NCBI GenBank assembly: GCA_965216325.1
Contig: OZ244160.1
Coordinates: 1,472,001-1,536,000, forward strand
Source: Coraliomargarita sp.
GTDB lineage: Bacteria; Verrucomicrobiota; Verrucomicrobiia; Opitutales; Coraliomargaritaceae
Direction: 5' to 3'
DNA length: 64,000 nt
Part shown: piece by piece, positions 21,579 through 34,148 of the stretch
How positions within the stretch are numbered: position 1 is the first letter of the stretch
How the letters are laid out: each line of letters starts with the position of its first letter
The notes under the pieces: generated by a model
The model's input: the letters and a program-made list of their open reading frames with translations, nothing else
Told to the model about the DNA's origin: nothing
The model's database searches: none
Translations under genes and position numbers: made by a program

Positions 21579-23837
21579 TCAATCCATCCAGCCAAGCACA
21601 TCGCGTGCAATCGACCAGCGAGGCAATCGGTCTTCACGGGGGTGGCCCAGGATCCAATAGTCGTAGCTCTGCTCAGCAGCATTCGACTGCTCCTCCAACG
21701 CGAGCCATTGATTCATAAACACGAGGAAGTCGGTATCGTCCGGCGCAATCGGATAGGCTAAACTGTACACCGCTTTGTTCTTCGTTACCTGCACCTTGTA
21801 GTCACGATGCACCAGGCTCATCGCTGACCCCGCTTCAGCCGAAGTATACAAGGCCTCTAGCGGCTTGTCGCGCTCTGCAAAGAACTGATGGTAACTATCG
21901 TATTCGACCAGCTCAAGATTCGGGAAGTGCGCACGAATATTCGGGATAAACGGACTTGGCGGCACATAGCCGAGCGAGATGTCCTCATTCGCACGGATTT
22001 TCTCAGCAGATGCAAAGGCCTCCTCCGCTTGAGGGTTCTTGGGCACCAAGATCGCCAAGTGCAATTGGAGGTAGGACTTCGAGAAGGTGTAACGCGCGAT
22101 GTCCGCGGTCGTGATCGGCACACCTGACATGATGATATCGATCTCCCCTTCATCCAAATACTCCCAACCCCGAAACGGACTGATCGGATAGAACTCGAGA
22201 TTACAGTTCAGGTGGGACGCCAGACGATGCGCCGCCTCAACGTCGTAGCCCGCCAACTCACCATTGCCGTTAAAATAGGTCCAAGGCATGTTATCGGGGA
22301 AGAAGCCAACGCGCAGCACACGGCGCTGGCGCACTGAAGTGTCTGCGGCCTCGGCAACTTCCGGCTCAATCTGCCCACTCGGCGCATCCGACCCGCCAAA
22401 GACACGATTGAAGAAACCACGCTTTTTCGGGCGCGCCTCGGCAGCCTCACCTTCAGGGATCTCGGAACGCAAGGTCGGCGGTGCATCGAAGACCTCAAAT
22501 GGCACCTTGGTTTCGACATGCATGTCCTTCACAAACTCTGCCTGCTCATTCGCGGTTGGCACAATGTTATCCAGCAAAATACGCGCACTCACCATCATCG
22601 CGATACCGCCAAACAGCAAAGTCGAGGAGCAGATCACGATCTTCTTCACATCGATCCGCAACTGCCCGAGCAGCGACGAGACCGCGACCAGCGTGAAGCA
22701 GAGCAACTCCATACAAGCGAGCAAGGTCGCGAAACGGCCATTGATGATACCCGACAAAATGTAGAGTGAGAACAGATCGGTCGGCAGCCCTTCGAGCTGC
22801 AGCATGTAAGGCACCGCGATATCAATTCCGCCGAAAAACACCGGCAAGCCCGTCGCAATCGTCTGCGGGTAGTGCGAATACGGCAGCGGACTACCGATAA
22901 ACCAAGCGCCGAAGAAGATAAACAACAGCGCCGTCAGCTTGCCCATATTCGGGAAGTTGAAGGTCACCGGAATCAGGATATCGATAAAGAACTCGGCATC
23001 CTCAGCATCCGGGCACTGTTCTTTGAACATCTTTTGGCAGTCCTCGATCAGAATCGGCAACACCACAAACAAGTTACCCGTGGTAAAGGCAGTGATCAGC
23101 GCATTGCGTGAGACGGTGAGCACCTGGCGTGAAGTGAACGGGGTCAGCATCGACATCACCATCGGGAAGGCGACGAAAGTCAGGAACAAACACGCACCGA
23201 TATAGGCGACGAAATACACCTGCAGGCGAATCACATCGTCCCCATCCAAGGTGCCCGCCGCAGCCGCGGTCAGGCCGAAGACCCCCAGCGGGGTGATCTT
23301 CACGACAAAGGAGGTCACCTTCTGCAGCGTTTTAGAAATGACCCCAAAAACCTCCAGCACGCCTTCCTTTTTCGGCACCGCGATCAAGGCCAAGCCAAAC
23401 AGAATACTGAACAGCACGACCGCCGGAATCGCACTGGTGGCGAGCGCCTCAAAGGGATTCGACGGTACGAACATCTCGACCAGCGAAACATCCGGCGCCT
23501 CCTCCACCATTCCGGGATTAAAGAAGCTGGCCGCATCGCGATTCGGGAAGCTGCTCGCCATCATCACGACCACGGTCAGACCGATGCCCCAAAAGAGCAG
23601 CAACAAGGCCCCCGCCCGCTTGGCCAGCAGCCACGCCCGCTCATAGCTCAGCGAACCAAAGCCCACAATCAATGAGAACATGATGTAGGGCAAAATCGTC
23701 ATCTGCAGCAGACGCACGTAGACGATCCCGATAAACTCGAGCTGCGCCGTCACTTCACCGAAAAACAAGCCGACGAAAATGCCCAATAGCATCCCGATCA
23801 TAATCTGTGTCGTCAGACTGAACTTCAGTTTTCCCAT
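21579..23837 (-). CDS. Dicarboxylate/amino acid:cation symporter (DAACS) fused to a C-terminal family-3 solute-binding domain
   Basis: N-terminal GltP-like TM region (YVRLLQMTILP, PSNPF, TPLGVF); C-terminal LRVGF...GELAGYDVE...GEIDIIMSG. Confidence 0.8.
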   Translation of the reverse strand: MGKLKFSLTTQIMIGMLLGIFVGLFFGEVTAQLEFIGIVYVRLLQMTILPYIMFSLIVGFGSLSYERAWLLAKRAGALLLLFWGIGLTVVVMMASSFPNRDAASFFNPGMVEEAPDVSLVEMFVPSNPFEALATSAIPAVVLFSILFGLALIAVPKKEGVLEVFGVISKTLQKVTSFVVKITPLGVFGLTAAAAGTLDGDDVIRLQVYFVAYIGACLFLTFVAFPMVMSMLTPFTSRQVLTVSRNALITAFTTGNLFVVLPILIEDCQKMFKEQCPDAEDAEFFIDILIPVTFNFPNMGKLTALLFIFFGAWFIGSPLPYSHYPQTIATGLPVFFGGIDIAVPYMLQLEGLPTDLFSLYILSGIINGRFATLLACMELLCFTLVAVSSLLGQLRIDVKKIVICSSTLLFGGIAMMVSARILLDNIVPTANEQAEFVKDMHVETKVPFEVFDAPPTLRSEIPEGEAAEARPKKRGFFNRVFGGSDAPSGQIEPEVAEAADTSVRQRRVLRVGFFPDNMPWTYFNGNGELAGYDVEAAHRLASHLNCNLEFYPISPFRGWEYLDEGEIDIIMSGVPITTADIARYTFSKSYLQLHLAILVPKNPQAEEAFASAEKIRANEDISLGYVPPSPFIPNIRAHFPNLELVEYDSYHQFFAERDKPLEALYTSAEAGSAMSLVHRDYKVQVTKNKAVYSLAYPIAPDDTDFLVFMNQWLALEEQSNAAEQSYDYWILGHPREDRLPRWSIARDVLGWMD

Positions 23838-23976
23838 GAGTCGTTAGCGTATGTGTTAGGCTCTGATCCGCAGAAGGTAGCGCGACACCGTACGCGGTGC
23901 GCACCACGTCAGGAAAGTCTTCGCATGGCAAAGTAAGTTAGCATATTAGACGCCAATGCAAACGAAGGCGCCGAAA

Positions 23977-24315
23977 TCACCCTGGAGGCCAGGTCATCGG
24001 GCGCCCGCCGAGCACGTGCACATGCATATGTGGCACGGTCTCGCCACCATCGGGACCATTGTTAATCACCACGCGGAAGCCATTTTCCAAATTCAGCTTT
24101 TGGGCCACCGCAGCAGCAGTGAGCAGTAAGTGACCCAGCAGGGCTTGATCCTCTGCCCCAGCAGCACCCACACGCGGCACCACCTTCTTTGGAATCACCA
24201 ACAGGTGAGTGGGCGCCTTGGGGTCGACATCATGAATGACGATGCACTGATCATCCTCATACTCGATCTTAGCAGGAATTTCGCGGGCGATGATACGTTC
24301 AAAAATCGTGCTCAT
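23977..24315 (-). CDS. Histidine triad (HIT) nucleotide-binding protein
   Basis: MSTIFERIIAREIPA, PKAPTHLLVIPK, VPHMHVH. ATG at 24315; the longer ORF-track N-terminus runs through repeats. Confidence 0.92.
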   Translation of the reverse strand: MSTIFERIIAREIPAKIEYEDDQCIVIHDVDPKAPTHLLVIPKKVVPRVGAAGAEDQALLGHLLLTAAAVAQKLNLENGFRVVINNGPDGGETVPHMHVHVLGGRPMTWPPG

Positions 24316-24391
24316 GCCCTGATCAAAAGGATTTGAGCTAACGATGGAAGCGTAAAGCCACGAGTGAGAAACAATCCCCGAGCCCAAATAG

Positions 24392-24545
24392 GTAGGACTG
24401 TCTCGCGGATTCGACAAGCTCACCGCCCTGAGTCTATCGAAGGGCCGAGGCAGCCGTTCGCCCACAGGACACGAACTACCCAAACTTAAGGTATCCGTAA
24501 TCCACAAGCCATTGCCGAACGGTCGCCTCGGCGAGGCGACCCTAC
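24392..24545. repeat. REPIN (family C, GTAGGGCAGTCTCGCCGAG type) with nested TTCGACAAGCTCA hairpin
   Basis: gtaggactgtctcg[cggattcgacaagctcaccgccctgagtctatcgaaggg]ccgaggcagccg paired with cggtcgcctcggcgaggcgaccctac. Confidence 0.8.
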
Positions 24546-24574
24546 CGATAGAATCTCACTCGCCACCCCATTCC

Positions 24575-24643
24575 GGAGCGTGGACACTGTTGTCCACATC
24601 AATGCGCGCCCCCAAGAAGGCAGGGCAAGAGTGTCCCGCCTCC
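24575..24643. repeat. GGAG-tagged palindromic repeat pair (family D)
   Basis: ggagcgtggacactgttgtccac and gcagggcaagagtgtcccgcctcc; related to copies at 34153-34217. Confidence 0.6.
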
Positions 24644-24691
24644 AAAGAACGAAGGGCAACCCGCATGGATTGCCCTTCAAAAATTAAGTCT

Positions 24692-25837
<1,146 letters not shown>

Positions 25838-26035
25838 AGCTAGAATCAGAAAGCACTGTCACAAATACTAAAGCGCACCGAAGGCCAAGCACGAAAGGCA
25901 ACCAAAATCACAAGCCTCGCATATTTAACGACTTCAGCACAGAGCGAGATCATTTCACAGTATTACAAATTCGCCGTTTCGGTGTTTTTTGTGTGTCATT
26001 AATGTTAATTCTGTTTCTAATCGACTGAACACTTC

Positions 26036-26863
26036 ATGAAATTTTTCAGAACCAGTCTCTCTCTCGCCTGCACACTTGCAGGGCTGCTTTCGCTCTCCTC
26101 ACAGGCGGAAACCGTTGTCATCATGGGCTCCGACACCATCGGCTCTAAAATGGCCGTGCAGCTCTCCGAAGCCTTCCGCGCGAAGATGGACAGTCGCCAC
26201 ACAGCCGTGTCATTCGAAATCTCCTCGGAAGGCTCCGTCACTGCGTTGGCAGCCCTGATCGACGGTCACTCCGACATCGGCATGTTTTCCCGCGCGCCCA
26301 AGACCACCGAAATTTCCCGCGCCAAGGCCAACGGAGTTAAACTCACCGCGATCACGGTGGCCCACGACGCCATCGCGATTGTCGTGAACGCCGCCAATCC
26401 GATCGAATCCATCAGCCTCGAAGAGCTCGAACTCATCTACTCCGGGGATGTGACCGACTGGTCCAGCATCACCCCCGGCTACACAGGGCGCATCTCCGCT
26501 TATACGCGCAACACCGCCTCGGGCACCTACAGCATCTTACAAGACGTCGCCATGTCCTCGCGCGACTACGGGGAAGACACGCAAAAGATGGCCGGCAACG
26601 AGCACATTGCCTCCGAAGTCGCAAAGAACGCCTACGGCATCGGCTACATCGGGCTCGCCTACACCGCGGCCCCCGGCCTCAAGGTCGTGCCCATCGATGG
26701 GCTTGCGCCCGGTAGTGCCGAGTATCCACTCGGCCGCGAACTCAGCTTCCTTGTCGATCTAAGCAAGCCACTCAAACCGATGACCAACGACTTCATCGGC
26801 TTCACCCTGAGCCCCGAGGGCCAGGCAATCGTGAGCGGCGTGAATTTCATGCCGGTTTACTAA
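26036..26863 (+). CDS. PstS-family phosphate-binding periplasmic protein
   Basis: Signal peptide, [39 protein letters not shown]. Confidence 0.85.
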   Translation: MKFFRTSLSLACTLAGLLSLSSQAETVVIMGSDTIGSKMAVQLSEAFRAKMDSRHTAVSFEISSEGSVTALAALIDGHSDIGMFSRAPKTTEISRAKANGVKLTAITVAHDAIAIVVNAANPIESISLEELELIYSGDVTDWSSITPGYTGRISAYTRNTASGTYSILQDVAMSSRDYGEDTQKMAGNEHIASEVAKNAYGIGYIGLAYTAAPGLKVVPIDGLAPGSAEYPLGRELSFLVDLSKPLKPMTNDFIGFTLSPEGQAIVSGVNFMPVY

Positions 26864-26943
26864 GCCGGACGAGAGCGCTTCGCACTTCTGGCCAAGCCAC
26901 TTTTTTCCGTAGAGAAACTGCGAACGCAGTTTCGACACCCAGT

Positions 26944-27022
26944 GGAGGGCAATGCTCCGTCATTTCCACTACGTTTCCCACGAAACAGCCCAGCAATGGC
27001 AACGACTGAGCGTGCCCTCTCC
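26944..27022. repeat. GGAG-tagged palindromic repeat pair between convergent genes
   Basis: ggagggcaatgctccgtcatttcc and ggcaacgactgagcgtgccctctcc. Confidence 0.5.
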
Positions 27023-27025
27023 GCC

Positions 27026-27850
27026 CTAGACCTTCGGCAAACGATCCCCACAGACCTTACAAAAGGTCGCATCATGGTCGTGATTTTCCCAGCCACAGGC
27101 CGGGCAAATCGGATCCCCCTGACGATTCGTTAACTTAAGCTCTTCCTCCGGACGCGTCATCTCCGCCGTCACAATCGCGGTCGGCACCGCAATGATGCCG
27201 TAGCCGATAATCATGATGATTGAGGCCACGAATTGCCCCAACGGCGTCTGCGGTGAAATGTCCCCATAACCGACAGTGGTCAGCGTCACCACCGCCCAAT
27301 AGACACTCTTCGGAATACTGGTGAATCCATTCGCGTCGCCCTCGATCAAATACATCAGCGAGCCCAAAATCAGCACGAGGTTGATCACCGCGAACAGGAA
27401 GACTGCAATCTTCCGCGAACTCGACTTCAGCGCCTTCATAATCGAGTTCGCCTCGCCGATATACTTTACCAGCTTCAAAATACGGAAGATCCGCAAGACC
27501 CGCAACACGCGCAGCAGCATCAGGTAGTGCGCTCCCGGCAACAACAAATCCAAGTAGGTCGGCATAATCGCCAACAAATCCACCACACCGAAAAAACTGC
27601 GCGCATACTTAGCCGGCCTCTCTGAAACATACAGGCGCACGAAATACTCGATCGTGAACGCGATCGTAATGGTCCACTCAAGAATGTAGAGACGTTGCCG
27701 CATGACATCCCCCAGAATCGGCACGCTCTCCAGCATGACCACACACACGCTCAGTAAAATCGTTGCGATCAGCCCGAGATCAAACAGCTTCTCATCCCAA
27801 CGGTGCGACTGAAAGATGATACGACGACACTCGGCTTTAAAATGGTTCAT
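27026..27850 (-). CDS. Voltage-gated-type potassium channel (6 TM)
   Basis: S4 motif [15 protein letters not shown], filter [10 protein letters not shown]-terminal CPAC...CKVC. Confidence 0.9.
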   Translation of the reverse strand: MNHFKAECRRIIFQSHRWDEKLFDLGLIATILLSVCVVMLESVPILGDVMRQRLYILEWTITIAFTIEYFVRLYVSERPAKYARSFFGVVDLLAIMPTYLDLLLPGAHYLMLLRVLRVLRIFRILKLVKYIGEANSIMKALKSSSRKIAVFLFAVINLVLILGSLMYLIEGDANGFTSIPKSVYWAVVTLTTVGYGDISPQTPLGQFVASIIMIIGYGIIAVPTAIVTAEMTRPEEELKLTNRQGDPICPACGWENHDHDATFCKVCGDRLPKV

Positions 27851-28043
27851 CACAGCAACAACTATAGTCAAAACGTAGCCTAACGCCATTCAAAAGGCAA
27901 GCCACGAGCCTCGACAGGCACCAGCCAACGCGTCATCAATGCAAATATGATTCAGCTGCAACAAGTCTTACTATACTGCCACGCATCACTTTGTGCGCAA
28001 TTGAAGTCGCGGTTATCTTTAACTCCCAAAGGAATGTCGAATC

Positions 28044-28110
28044 GTAGTGTGCAGCTTCAGCAAACGCTTCACGGAGCACGAGAAAAGCGTTTGCTGAAGC
28101 TGCACGCTAC
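28044..28110. repeat. REPIN (family A) upstream of the ABC binding protein
   Basis: gtagtgtgcagcttcagcaaacgctt and aagcgtttgctgaagctgcacgctac. Confidence 0.88.
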
Positions 28111-28129
28111 GAGCCTAAAATCACAACTC

Positions 28130-29215
28130 ATGATGCGGGTCATTATAATCCTGATACTTTCCAGCCTTAGCGCACAAGCCCAAGACTACGCGCGCAACTT
28201 TGAGATCACAGAGCACGAGAGCTTCACACTGCTCACGGTTCACAACACGAACCTCAAGCCCTCTCGCGCCTATCAGTATGCCTTGGTGCCAAAGACCGCA
28301 AATCTGCCGAAACTGGCTAAAGACACCAAAATCATCCGAACCCCCGTCGAACGTGTCGTCGTGATGGAGACCGTGCAACTCGGCTACATGGATGCACTCG
28401 GAGAACTCGACCACATCGTCGGTGCAGGCTCGGCCGACTATATCAACAATCTCACGGTCGTCGAGCGCATCAAAGACGGCACCATCAAGCGGGTGCAATC
28501 CGGCCAAAACATCGACGCCGAAAGCCTTCTACTTCTCCAGCCAGACTTGATCCTCACAAGCGTCACTGGCAACCCCTCCTTCGACCTCCCTGAGAAGCTA
28601 ACCCGCACCGGACTTCCCATCGTCTTCACCACCAGTTTCATGGAGCGTCACCCCTTAGGCCGCGCCGAGTGGGTGCAGTTCATTGGCGCCTTCTTCGACG
28701 CCGACGACAACGCAGAAGAGCTCTTTACCAACATCGCGGATCGCTACAACGAGCTCACGCAACTCAGCGCCAGCGCCACCAAGCGCCCGACCGTCTTCTG
28801 CAGCGCCCCCTACTCGGGCTCATGGCACATGCCCAGCGGCGACAGCTACATGGCCCGCTATATCAAAGACGCCGGCGGGGACTATCTCTGGGCCGACCAT
28901 ACTCACGGCGGCAACATCCCACTCGACACCGAGCGCGTCTTCCTCCGTGCAGCGAATGCCGACGTCTGGCTCAACCCCAGCCATTACCGAACACTCAGCG
29001 CCCTCTTCGGCTCCGACCAGCGCTTCAATAAATTCAAAGCCGCCCGCACGGGACGCGTTTACAACAACAGCAAGCAAACCACCGAAATCGGCGGCAATCC
29101 AATCTGGGAAAAAGGCATTGTCCAGCCCGACGACGTATTGGCAGACCTAATACACATCCTACATCCCGACTTATTGCCCGAGCACGAGTTCGTGTTTTAC
29201 GAACAACTCCAGTAG
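28130..29215 (+). CDS. Iron-chelate/cobalamin ABC transporter substrate-binding protein (BtuF/FepB-like)
   Basis: Signal peptide from ATG 28130; [39 protein letters not shown]. Confidence 0.85.
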   Translation: MMRVIIILILSSLSAQAQDYARNFEITEHESFTLLTVHNTNLKPSRAYQYALVPKTANLPKLAKDTKIIRTPVERVVVMETVQLGYMDALGELDHIVGAGSADYINNLTVVERIKDGTIKRVQSGQNIDAESLLLLQPDLILTSVTGNPSFDLPEKLTRTGLPIVFTTSFMERHPLGRAEWVQFIGAFFDADDNAEELFTNIADRYNELTQLSASATKRPTVFCSAPYSGSWHMPSGDSYMARYIKDAGGDYLWADHTHGGNIPLDTERVFLRAANADVWLNPSHYRTLSALFGSDQRFNKFKAARTGRVYNNSKQTTEIGGNPIWEKGIVQPDDVLADLIHILHPDLLPEHEFVFYEQLQ

Positions 29216-29286
29216 GGGCGCTGCTTGCGGCGCCCGCCACAGCAAAAGCACACAAGTAAAGCGGGCTCCGCAAGCAGAGCCCCTAC
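29212..29286. repeat. REPIN (family B, GTAGGGGCG type) overlapping a stop codon
   Basis: gtaggggcgctgcttgcggcgcccg and cgggctccgcaagcagagcccctac. Confidence 0.85.
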
Positions 29287-29356
29287 GATTGCCACGTAGA
29301 AACCACCCTCACTTTCGCATCGCCTCAATTAGCGGATTCACTTCACTGAGTGCCAC

Positions 29357-30418
29357 GTGAGCACACTCGGCACAGAACCTTCCAATAAACGCAGCATCCT
29401 ACTCTTCATTGGGCTGCTAGTGCTGATTGGAATCGTTGCTGCAGCAAGTGCCTGCTTCGGCGCAATCGCACTCAGCCCAGAGCAGCTCTTCCAAGCGCTG
29501 TTCAATCGCAGCGAAGCCGACCCAGTGCTCCAACAGATCATCGTCGACTTCCGACTACCCCGGATCGTCACTGCATTGCTCGCAGGAGCGGCACTCTCAA
29601 CAGCTGGCCTCATGATGCAAACCGTGTTTCGTAATCCTCTTGCAGATCCGTTCGTGCTCGGCGTCAACTCAGGAGCGAGTCTCGGTGTTGCGATCGTCTT
29701 GCTGACACTTGCACCAGTCGGCATCGGCCTGACCGAAGGCCTCGGTGGAGGTGGCCAAATGATGGTGATCGCAGCCGCGACCTCAGGAGCAGCTGCCACG
29801 CTGTTCATCGTCCTCGCGCTCTCGCGGCGTGTCGACATCATGTCTGTGCTGATCATTGGCCTGATGATCAGCTATACGGTCGGAGCCATCGTCAGCATCC
29901 TCATGTTCTTCAGCATGGCTGAGCGCCTGCAATCGTTCATGAGCTGGTCCTTCGGCGACTACAGCAATGTCAGCTGGGAGCACATGCGACTCTTCGCCCC
30001 AACCATCCTCGGCGGCTTGGGGCTCAGCCTACTCTTCATTAAGCCGCTGGATGCACTCCTGCTTGGCGAGCACTATGCCGAAAGCGTTGGCACCCGCGTC
30101 AAGCAAGTGCGCTTCATTGTGCTGCTCGCGGCGTCCATTCTAGCCGGTACCGTCACCGGTTTCTGTGGCCCCATTGGCTTCCTTGGCATCGCCGCCCCGC
30201 ACTTGGGCCGCTACGTATTCCATACCAGCAACCACCGTATACTGATCCCCGCATCCATTCTACTCGGCGCCCTACTCTCGCTTAGCTCAGACCTAATTTC
30301 TCGCGCCCCGGGATTCGACTTCACCCTCCCGTTGAACGCCATCACCGCACTCTTTGGTGCGCCCGTGATCATCGCCGCGCTCATCAAACAACGTAACCTG
30401 AAACGCCTGTTCGGATGA
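29357..30418 (+). CDS. FecCD/BtuC-family ABC permease
   Basis: [43 protein letters not shown]. Confidence 0.92.
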   Translation: MSTLGTEPSNKRSILLFIGLLVLIGIVAAASACFGAIALSPEQLFQALFNRSEADPVLQQIIVDFRLPRIVTALLAGAALSTAGLMMQTVFRNPLADPFVLGVNSGASLGVAIVLLTLAPVGIGLTEGLGGGGQMMVIAAATSGAAATLFIVLALSRRVDIMSVLIIGLMISYTVGAIVSILMFFSMAERLQSFMSWSFGDYSNVSWEHMRLFAPTILGGLGLSLLFIKPLDALLLGEHYAESVGTRVKQVRFIVLLAASILAGTVTGFCGPIGFLGIAAPHLGRYVFHTSNHRILIPASILLGALLSLSSDLISRAPGFDFTLPLNAITALFGAPVIIAALIKQRNLKRLFG

Positions 30419-31455
30419 GCCATTCTTCAGAGATCGGAGGCCAGAGGCCAGAGGCCAGCTTACTCACCACTGATTCACTTCAAATCGGCTATAGTCATCA
30501 GGGCGACAGCACCTGCATTGCACGCGACCTAAGTCTGGAGCTGAAAGCTGGCGAATTCGTCTGCCTGCTCGGGCCGAATGGCGCGGGCAAATCGACCTTG
30601 ATACGAACACTCGCTGGCATGCAGCCCCCCCTTGGGGGCACAGTCGCCCTCCAAGGCAAAGGCTTCCAAAACATTGCACCACGCGAACGTGCACGCCAGG
30701 TCAGCGTCGTCCTGACCGAGTCGATGCCCATCGGCATGATGGATGCCTACTCGCTGGTTTCACTCGGACGCCACCCCTACTCAGGTTGGCTGGGCGGCCT
30801 CAACCAACACGATCGTAAACGCATCGCGTGGGCGCTCAACGCAGTCGGCGCAACTGAGCTCGCTCCGCGCCAAGTAGCCGAACTCAGCGACGGCGAACGG
30901 CAGAAAGTTTCCATCGCCCGCGCCCTTGCTCAAGAAGCAAAGGTGATGCTGCTCGACGAGCCCACCGCCTACCTCGACCTGCCACGCCGTGTAGAGCTCA
31001 TGTCGATCCTGCGCACACTCGCACAGCAGGAGCAGATGGGCTTATTACTCTCAACTCACGACCTCGATCTCGCGCTGCGCTTTGCCGACAAACTCTGGGT
31101 CGTCACTACGAATGGCAGCCTACTGCAGGGCTCGCCCGAAGCACTCGCACTCAGCGGTGAGTTCTCCGATGTCTTTGCCAATGAGAACCTCGAGTGGGAT
31201 GCCGAGCACGGGCTGTTCCGCGCTCCTAAAACCCCCTGCCTCGAAGCACACATTACCGGCAGCGGACACGAATACCTCTGGACGCGACGTGCTGTGGAAC
31301 GACTCGGATTTCGTATTGGTAATGCGGATACAGCTGCGTTCACGGTGCAGGTAAGCACAGACGCATGGATAGTCGAGAAGAACGGCATCAGGAAAGATCT
31401 GCACTCGATCCAAGCGTTCATCGATTGGATCCAAGCAGAGAATTGGAAAGCGTAG
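30415..31455 (+). CDS. FecE/BtuD-family ABC ATPase
   Basis: [26 protein letters not shown]. Confidence 0.92.
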   Translation: MSHSSEIGGQRPEASLLTTDSLQIGYSHQGDSTCIARDLSLELKAGEFVCLLGPNGAGKSTLIRTLAGMQPPLGGTVALQGKGFQNIAPRERARQVSVVLTESMPIGMMDAYSLVSLGRHPYSGWLGGLNQHDRKRIAWALNAVGATELAPRQVAELSDGERQKVSIARALAQEAKVMLLDEPTAYLDLPRRVELMSILRTLAQQEQMGLLLSTHDLDLALRFADKLWVVTTNGSLLQGSPEALALSGEFSDVFANENLEWDAEHGLFRAPKTPCLEAHITGSGHEYLWTRRAVERLGFRIGNADTAAFTVQVSTDAWIVEKNGIRKDLHSIQAFIDWIQAENWKA

Positions 31456-31531
31456 GGGCGCGACTTGACGCGCCCGCCCAAAGCCACAGCCATCAGCACT
31501 AAGCTCGGGCGTGCGGAACGCTCGCCCCTAC
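31452..31531. repeat. REPIN (family B) supplying the stop codons of both convergent genes
   Basis: gtaggggcgcgacttgacgcgcccg and cgggcgtgcggaacgctcgcccctac. Confidence 0.88.
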
Positions 31532-31905
31532 GACTGGCTTTTCGCACAATCCGGGCACTTGCCCGAATAAATCACTTCGCCGCCAGTCACGACAAATCCC
31601 TTCGGAGCTTCGATTTCAGGAAGCTTCATGGCCAAGGGCAGATCAAAGACTCGATTACAACTGCGGCAAATAAAGTGCGGATGCTCTTCTTCCGCAGGCA
31701 ACTCATAGCGCTTCGGCTGCCCTGGAAACTCGACGCCAATCATCTGAAAAGTTCGCGTCAACTCACGGATATTACGATCCACCGTTGCCGAGCCCAAGCG
31801 CGGCACCTTCTTGCGCGCCAAGGACAAAAGTTCATCGCGCGTGAGCGGACGCCCCTCCTCTTTGAGGACAGAAAGAATGGCATCACGTTGACGAGTTTGA
31901 ATCAT
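31528..31905 (-). CDS. Fur-family transcriptional regulator
   Basis: TRQRDAIL, GSATVDRN, HPHFICRSC, GKCPDC. Confidence 0.88.
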   Translation of the reverse strand: MIQTRQRDAILSVLKEEGRPLTRDELLSLARKKVPRLGSATVDRNIRELTRTFQMIGVEFPGQPKRYELPAEEEHPHFICRSCNRVFDLPLAMKLPEIEAPKGFVVTGGEVIYSGKCPDCAKSQS

Positions 31906-31908
31906 AGA

Positions 31909-31957
31909 CAAAAAAGGCAGGCTGCCATGCAAAGAGACGAACGCACAGCAGCCTGCC
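31909..31957 (-). terminator. Intrinsic terminator-like hairpin between the TonB receptor and fur-like gene
   Basis: ggcaggctgc...gcagcctgcc followed by TTTTTT on the minus strand. Confidence 0.6.
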
Positions 31958-31978
31958 AGACTTCACCAATTAGAAAAG

Positions 31979-33838
31979 TTAGAAGTTCACACGGGCACCG
32001 ATGTAACCGGCCCGGCCAAGACCTGGGTAGGCACTATTACCGACACCAACTACATTATACTCCTTATCAAACAGATTATCCACACGGCCAAACAAGGCCC
32101 ATTGTTCGGTAATTTGCCAATCGACAACAAAGTCTACCAAGAAGTAATCATCCCCCGCACCACCCGAGTCAGGACTAGCGTGGTATCCAGTGCCTGTTAG
32201 ACCAGTGCGAATGTCATCTGACAAATCGGCCACCGCAGACACTTGAACAGTGTGCCGCGGACGACGCAGCAAACGGCGACCAGTATCCTTATCCTCGGTG
32301 TCGAGATAAGTATAGCCAACCCCCAAGCTCAGGAAGTCGAAGGCAGCATAATCCGCACTCAACTCTATACCCTGCGTCTCGGCCTCAGAGATATTATAAA
32401 CATCATAGCGGTAACCTCCGTCGATAAAACCGATGTATTCGAATTCAATCAGATCATCGATATCATTATAAAAGTAGACCGCAGACCACTCCAGCTTGTC
32501 CTCCAGCAGACGTTGACGAAAGCCCAGTTCATACGAAACACCTTCTTCCGGATCAATCGGTGAGCTCGGGTCATAGTCATATGCCAAGTCACTTGGACGT
32601 GGAGGCGAATAGGAGTTCGACACCTTGGCAAATACTGACGCATCCCACTCTAGAATGTTGTAGATTGCCTCAAAGTTGCCCGTTAGTGACTCGTCATAAT
32701 CACTGTAATCATCTCCACGCACACCAGCACGCAATTCGATGCGTTCATTGATCTGCCAGACGGCTTGAGCAAACCCGCCAAACTGTGAAACGTTATTTGA
32801 GTAGTCAGTTGAGTTACGCTTCAACTCATCATTGCGGTAGAGCATGCCACCTGTGAGCAACAACTGATCAGAGATGGTGTAATCCACTTGCAGACTCACT
32901 TCATCCGAGTTGATCTCATCGTCTGTCACACTGTATGGCCCTTCACCCTCTAGGTCACTTTCGCTACGGGAGTAAAAGAAATGGATTGTGATCTCATCGG
33001 TCGCATAGCGAAGCCCGGGCGACAAGATCCAGTATTGATTTTCGGTCCACGCCTCGGGGCTCGGATATCCGACTGATCCAGGAACATCTTTATCTACCTC
33101 AGTATATTGCCCGAGCAATTCGAAGGTAAAATCTTCAGCGAGCAGATAATCAAAACGTGAGGTAATGGAATACTCGTCAGTCGAGTCATTATCACGTTCA
33201 TTATCAGTGGTCAGCGCCGACCCACCCACGCTCAAGCCCCAACTCTCATCCGAGACTGCAGTCGAAAAGGCCCCACGATAGGTATCATTTGAACCGAACT
33301 CACCCTCAAGCGCAGCTGTGTATGCTTCCTCGCCGAGAACTCGTTTCGATTGTAGGTCCAGCACACCACCAATGCCACTCGATCCATAGTTCACGGAAGA
33401 GGCACCTTTCTGGAACTGCACGCTTTCGAGATTATTGATCGAGAGCGACTCCGCATTGAACTGGCCACTAAAGGCGCTCGGTAAACGACGACCATCTAGG
33501 AAATATCCAGTGTGGTTGCTATTCGTGCCACGGGTAAAAACCGAGGTGAGCGCACCATAGGCACCATTACTACGCACTGTAACTCCAGTCTCGCGCTTGA
33601 GTGCATCCGTCAATGTACGATCCTGCCAGAACTCCATTTCATCCGCCGAGATGTAACTCACCGAAGGTGAGACACGATCAGGCGAGAGCGGCGTGCGCGT
33701 CGCAACCACCACGTAGGGTTCCATCTGCACCTCTGTGGTATCCGTCTCGGACATCCCTGCCCCAGCAAAGGTAGCGGCCACAGGTAAGGTGCAGGCTGTT
33801 AATAAGATTGTTCGTTGTTTGGTGAATGAAGCATTCAT
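31979..33838 (-). CDS. TonB-dependent outer membrane receptor (BtuB/CirA-like)
   Basis: TonB box YVVVATR, plug domain (FTRGTNSNHT, YGSSGIGGV), VDNLFDKEY, terminal F. Confidence 0.9.
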   Translation of the reverse strand: MNASFTKQRTILLTACTLPVAATFAGAGMSETDTTEVQMEPYVVVATRTPLSPDRVSPSVSYISADEMEFWQDRTLTDALKRETGVTVRSNGAYGALTSVFTRGTNSNHTGYFLDGRRLPSAFSGQFNAESLSINNLESVQFQKGASSVNYGSSGIGGVLDLQSKRVLGEEAYTAALEGEFGSNDTYRGAFSTAVSDESWGLSVGGSALTTDNERDNDSTDEYSITSRFDYLLAEDFTFELLGQYTEVDKDVPGSVGYPSPEAWTENQYWILSPGLRYATDEITIHFFYSRSESDLEGEGPYSVTDDEINSDEVSLQVDYTISDQLLLTGGMLYRNDELKRNSTDYSNNVSQFGGFAQAVWQINERIELRAGVRGDDYSDYDESLTGNFEAIYNILEWDASVFAKVSNSYSPPRPSDLAYDYDPSSPIDPEEGVSYELGFRQRLLEDKLEWSAVYFYNDIDDLIEFEYIGFIDGGYRYDVYNISEAETQGIELSADYAAFDFLSLGVGYTYLDTEDKDTGRRLLRRPRHTVQVSAVADLSDDIRTGLTGTGYHASPDSGGAGDDYFLVDFVVDWQITEQWALFGRVDNLFDKEYNVVGVGNSAYPGLGRAGYIGARVNF

Positions 33839-33884
33839 ACGCCTTCCGTCATCCTCACATATGCAAGTAAAACAAGCATAAATA

Positions 33885-33904
33885 ATAAATGAGAATCATT
33901 CGCA
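33885..33904. promoter_or_regulatory. Fur box upstream of the TonB-dependent receptor
   Basis: TGAGAAT-C-ATTCGCA 7-1-7 inverted repeat; 13/19 match to GATAATGATAATCATTATC; about 50 bp before the ATG. Confidence 0.7.
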
Positions 33905-34148
33905 TAATGCACCTCAACTGAACAGCCTACGCCCATCGCACACCCCCAAGAAGCGCAAGCAACTATCAACAAGATAGATACGAACTCACACAACACCCAC
34001 ATGAGACTAAGTCTCAAGGATCAACAAATTTACACAGCTAATCGAGCAGTGAAGCTGCCCTATCGTAGATGCTTCACTTGCCGAGTCGCGAGCCTGCCGA
34101 ACGGTGAATGCATTCCGCAGACATGCCGATTTGAATAACGTATGCGCT

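Noticed and set aside
25838..26035. Pho boxes between the PiT-like and PstS-like genes
   Set aside because: Only isolated half-sites (ctgtcac, tgtcat) without clear 11-bp tandem spacing.
34079..34102. gagtcgcgagcctgcc resembling the 3' end of a cobalamin riboswitch
   Set aside because: Wrong strand relative to the TonB receptor, and the conserved core elements are not evident.
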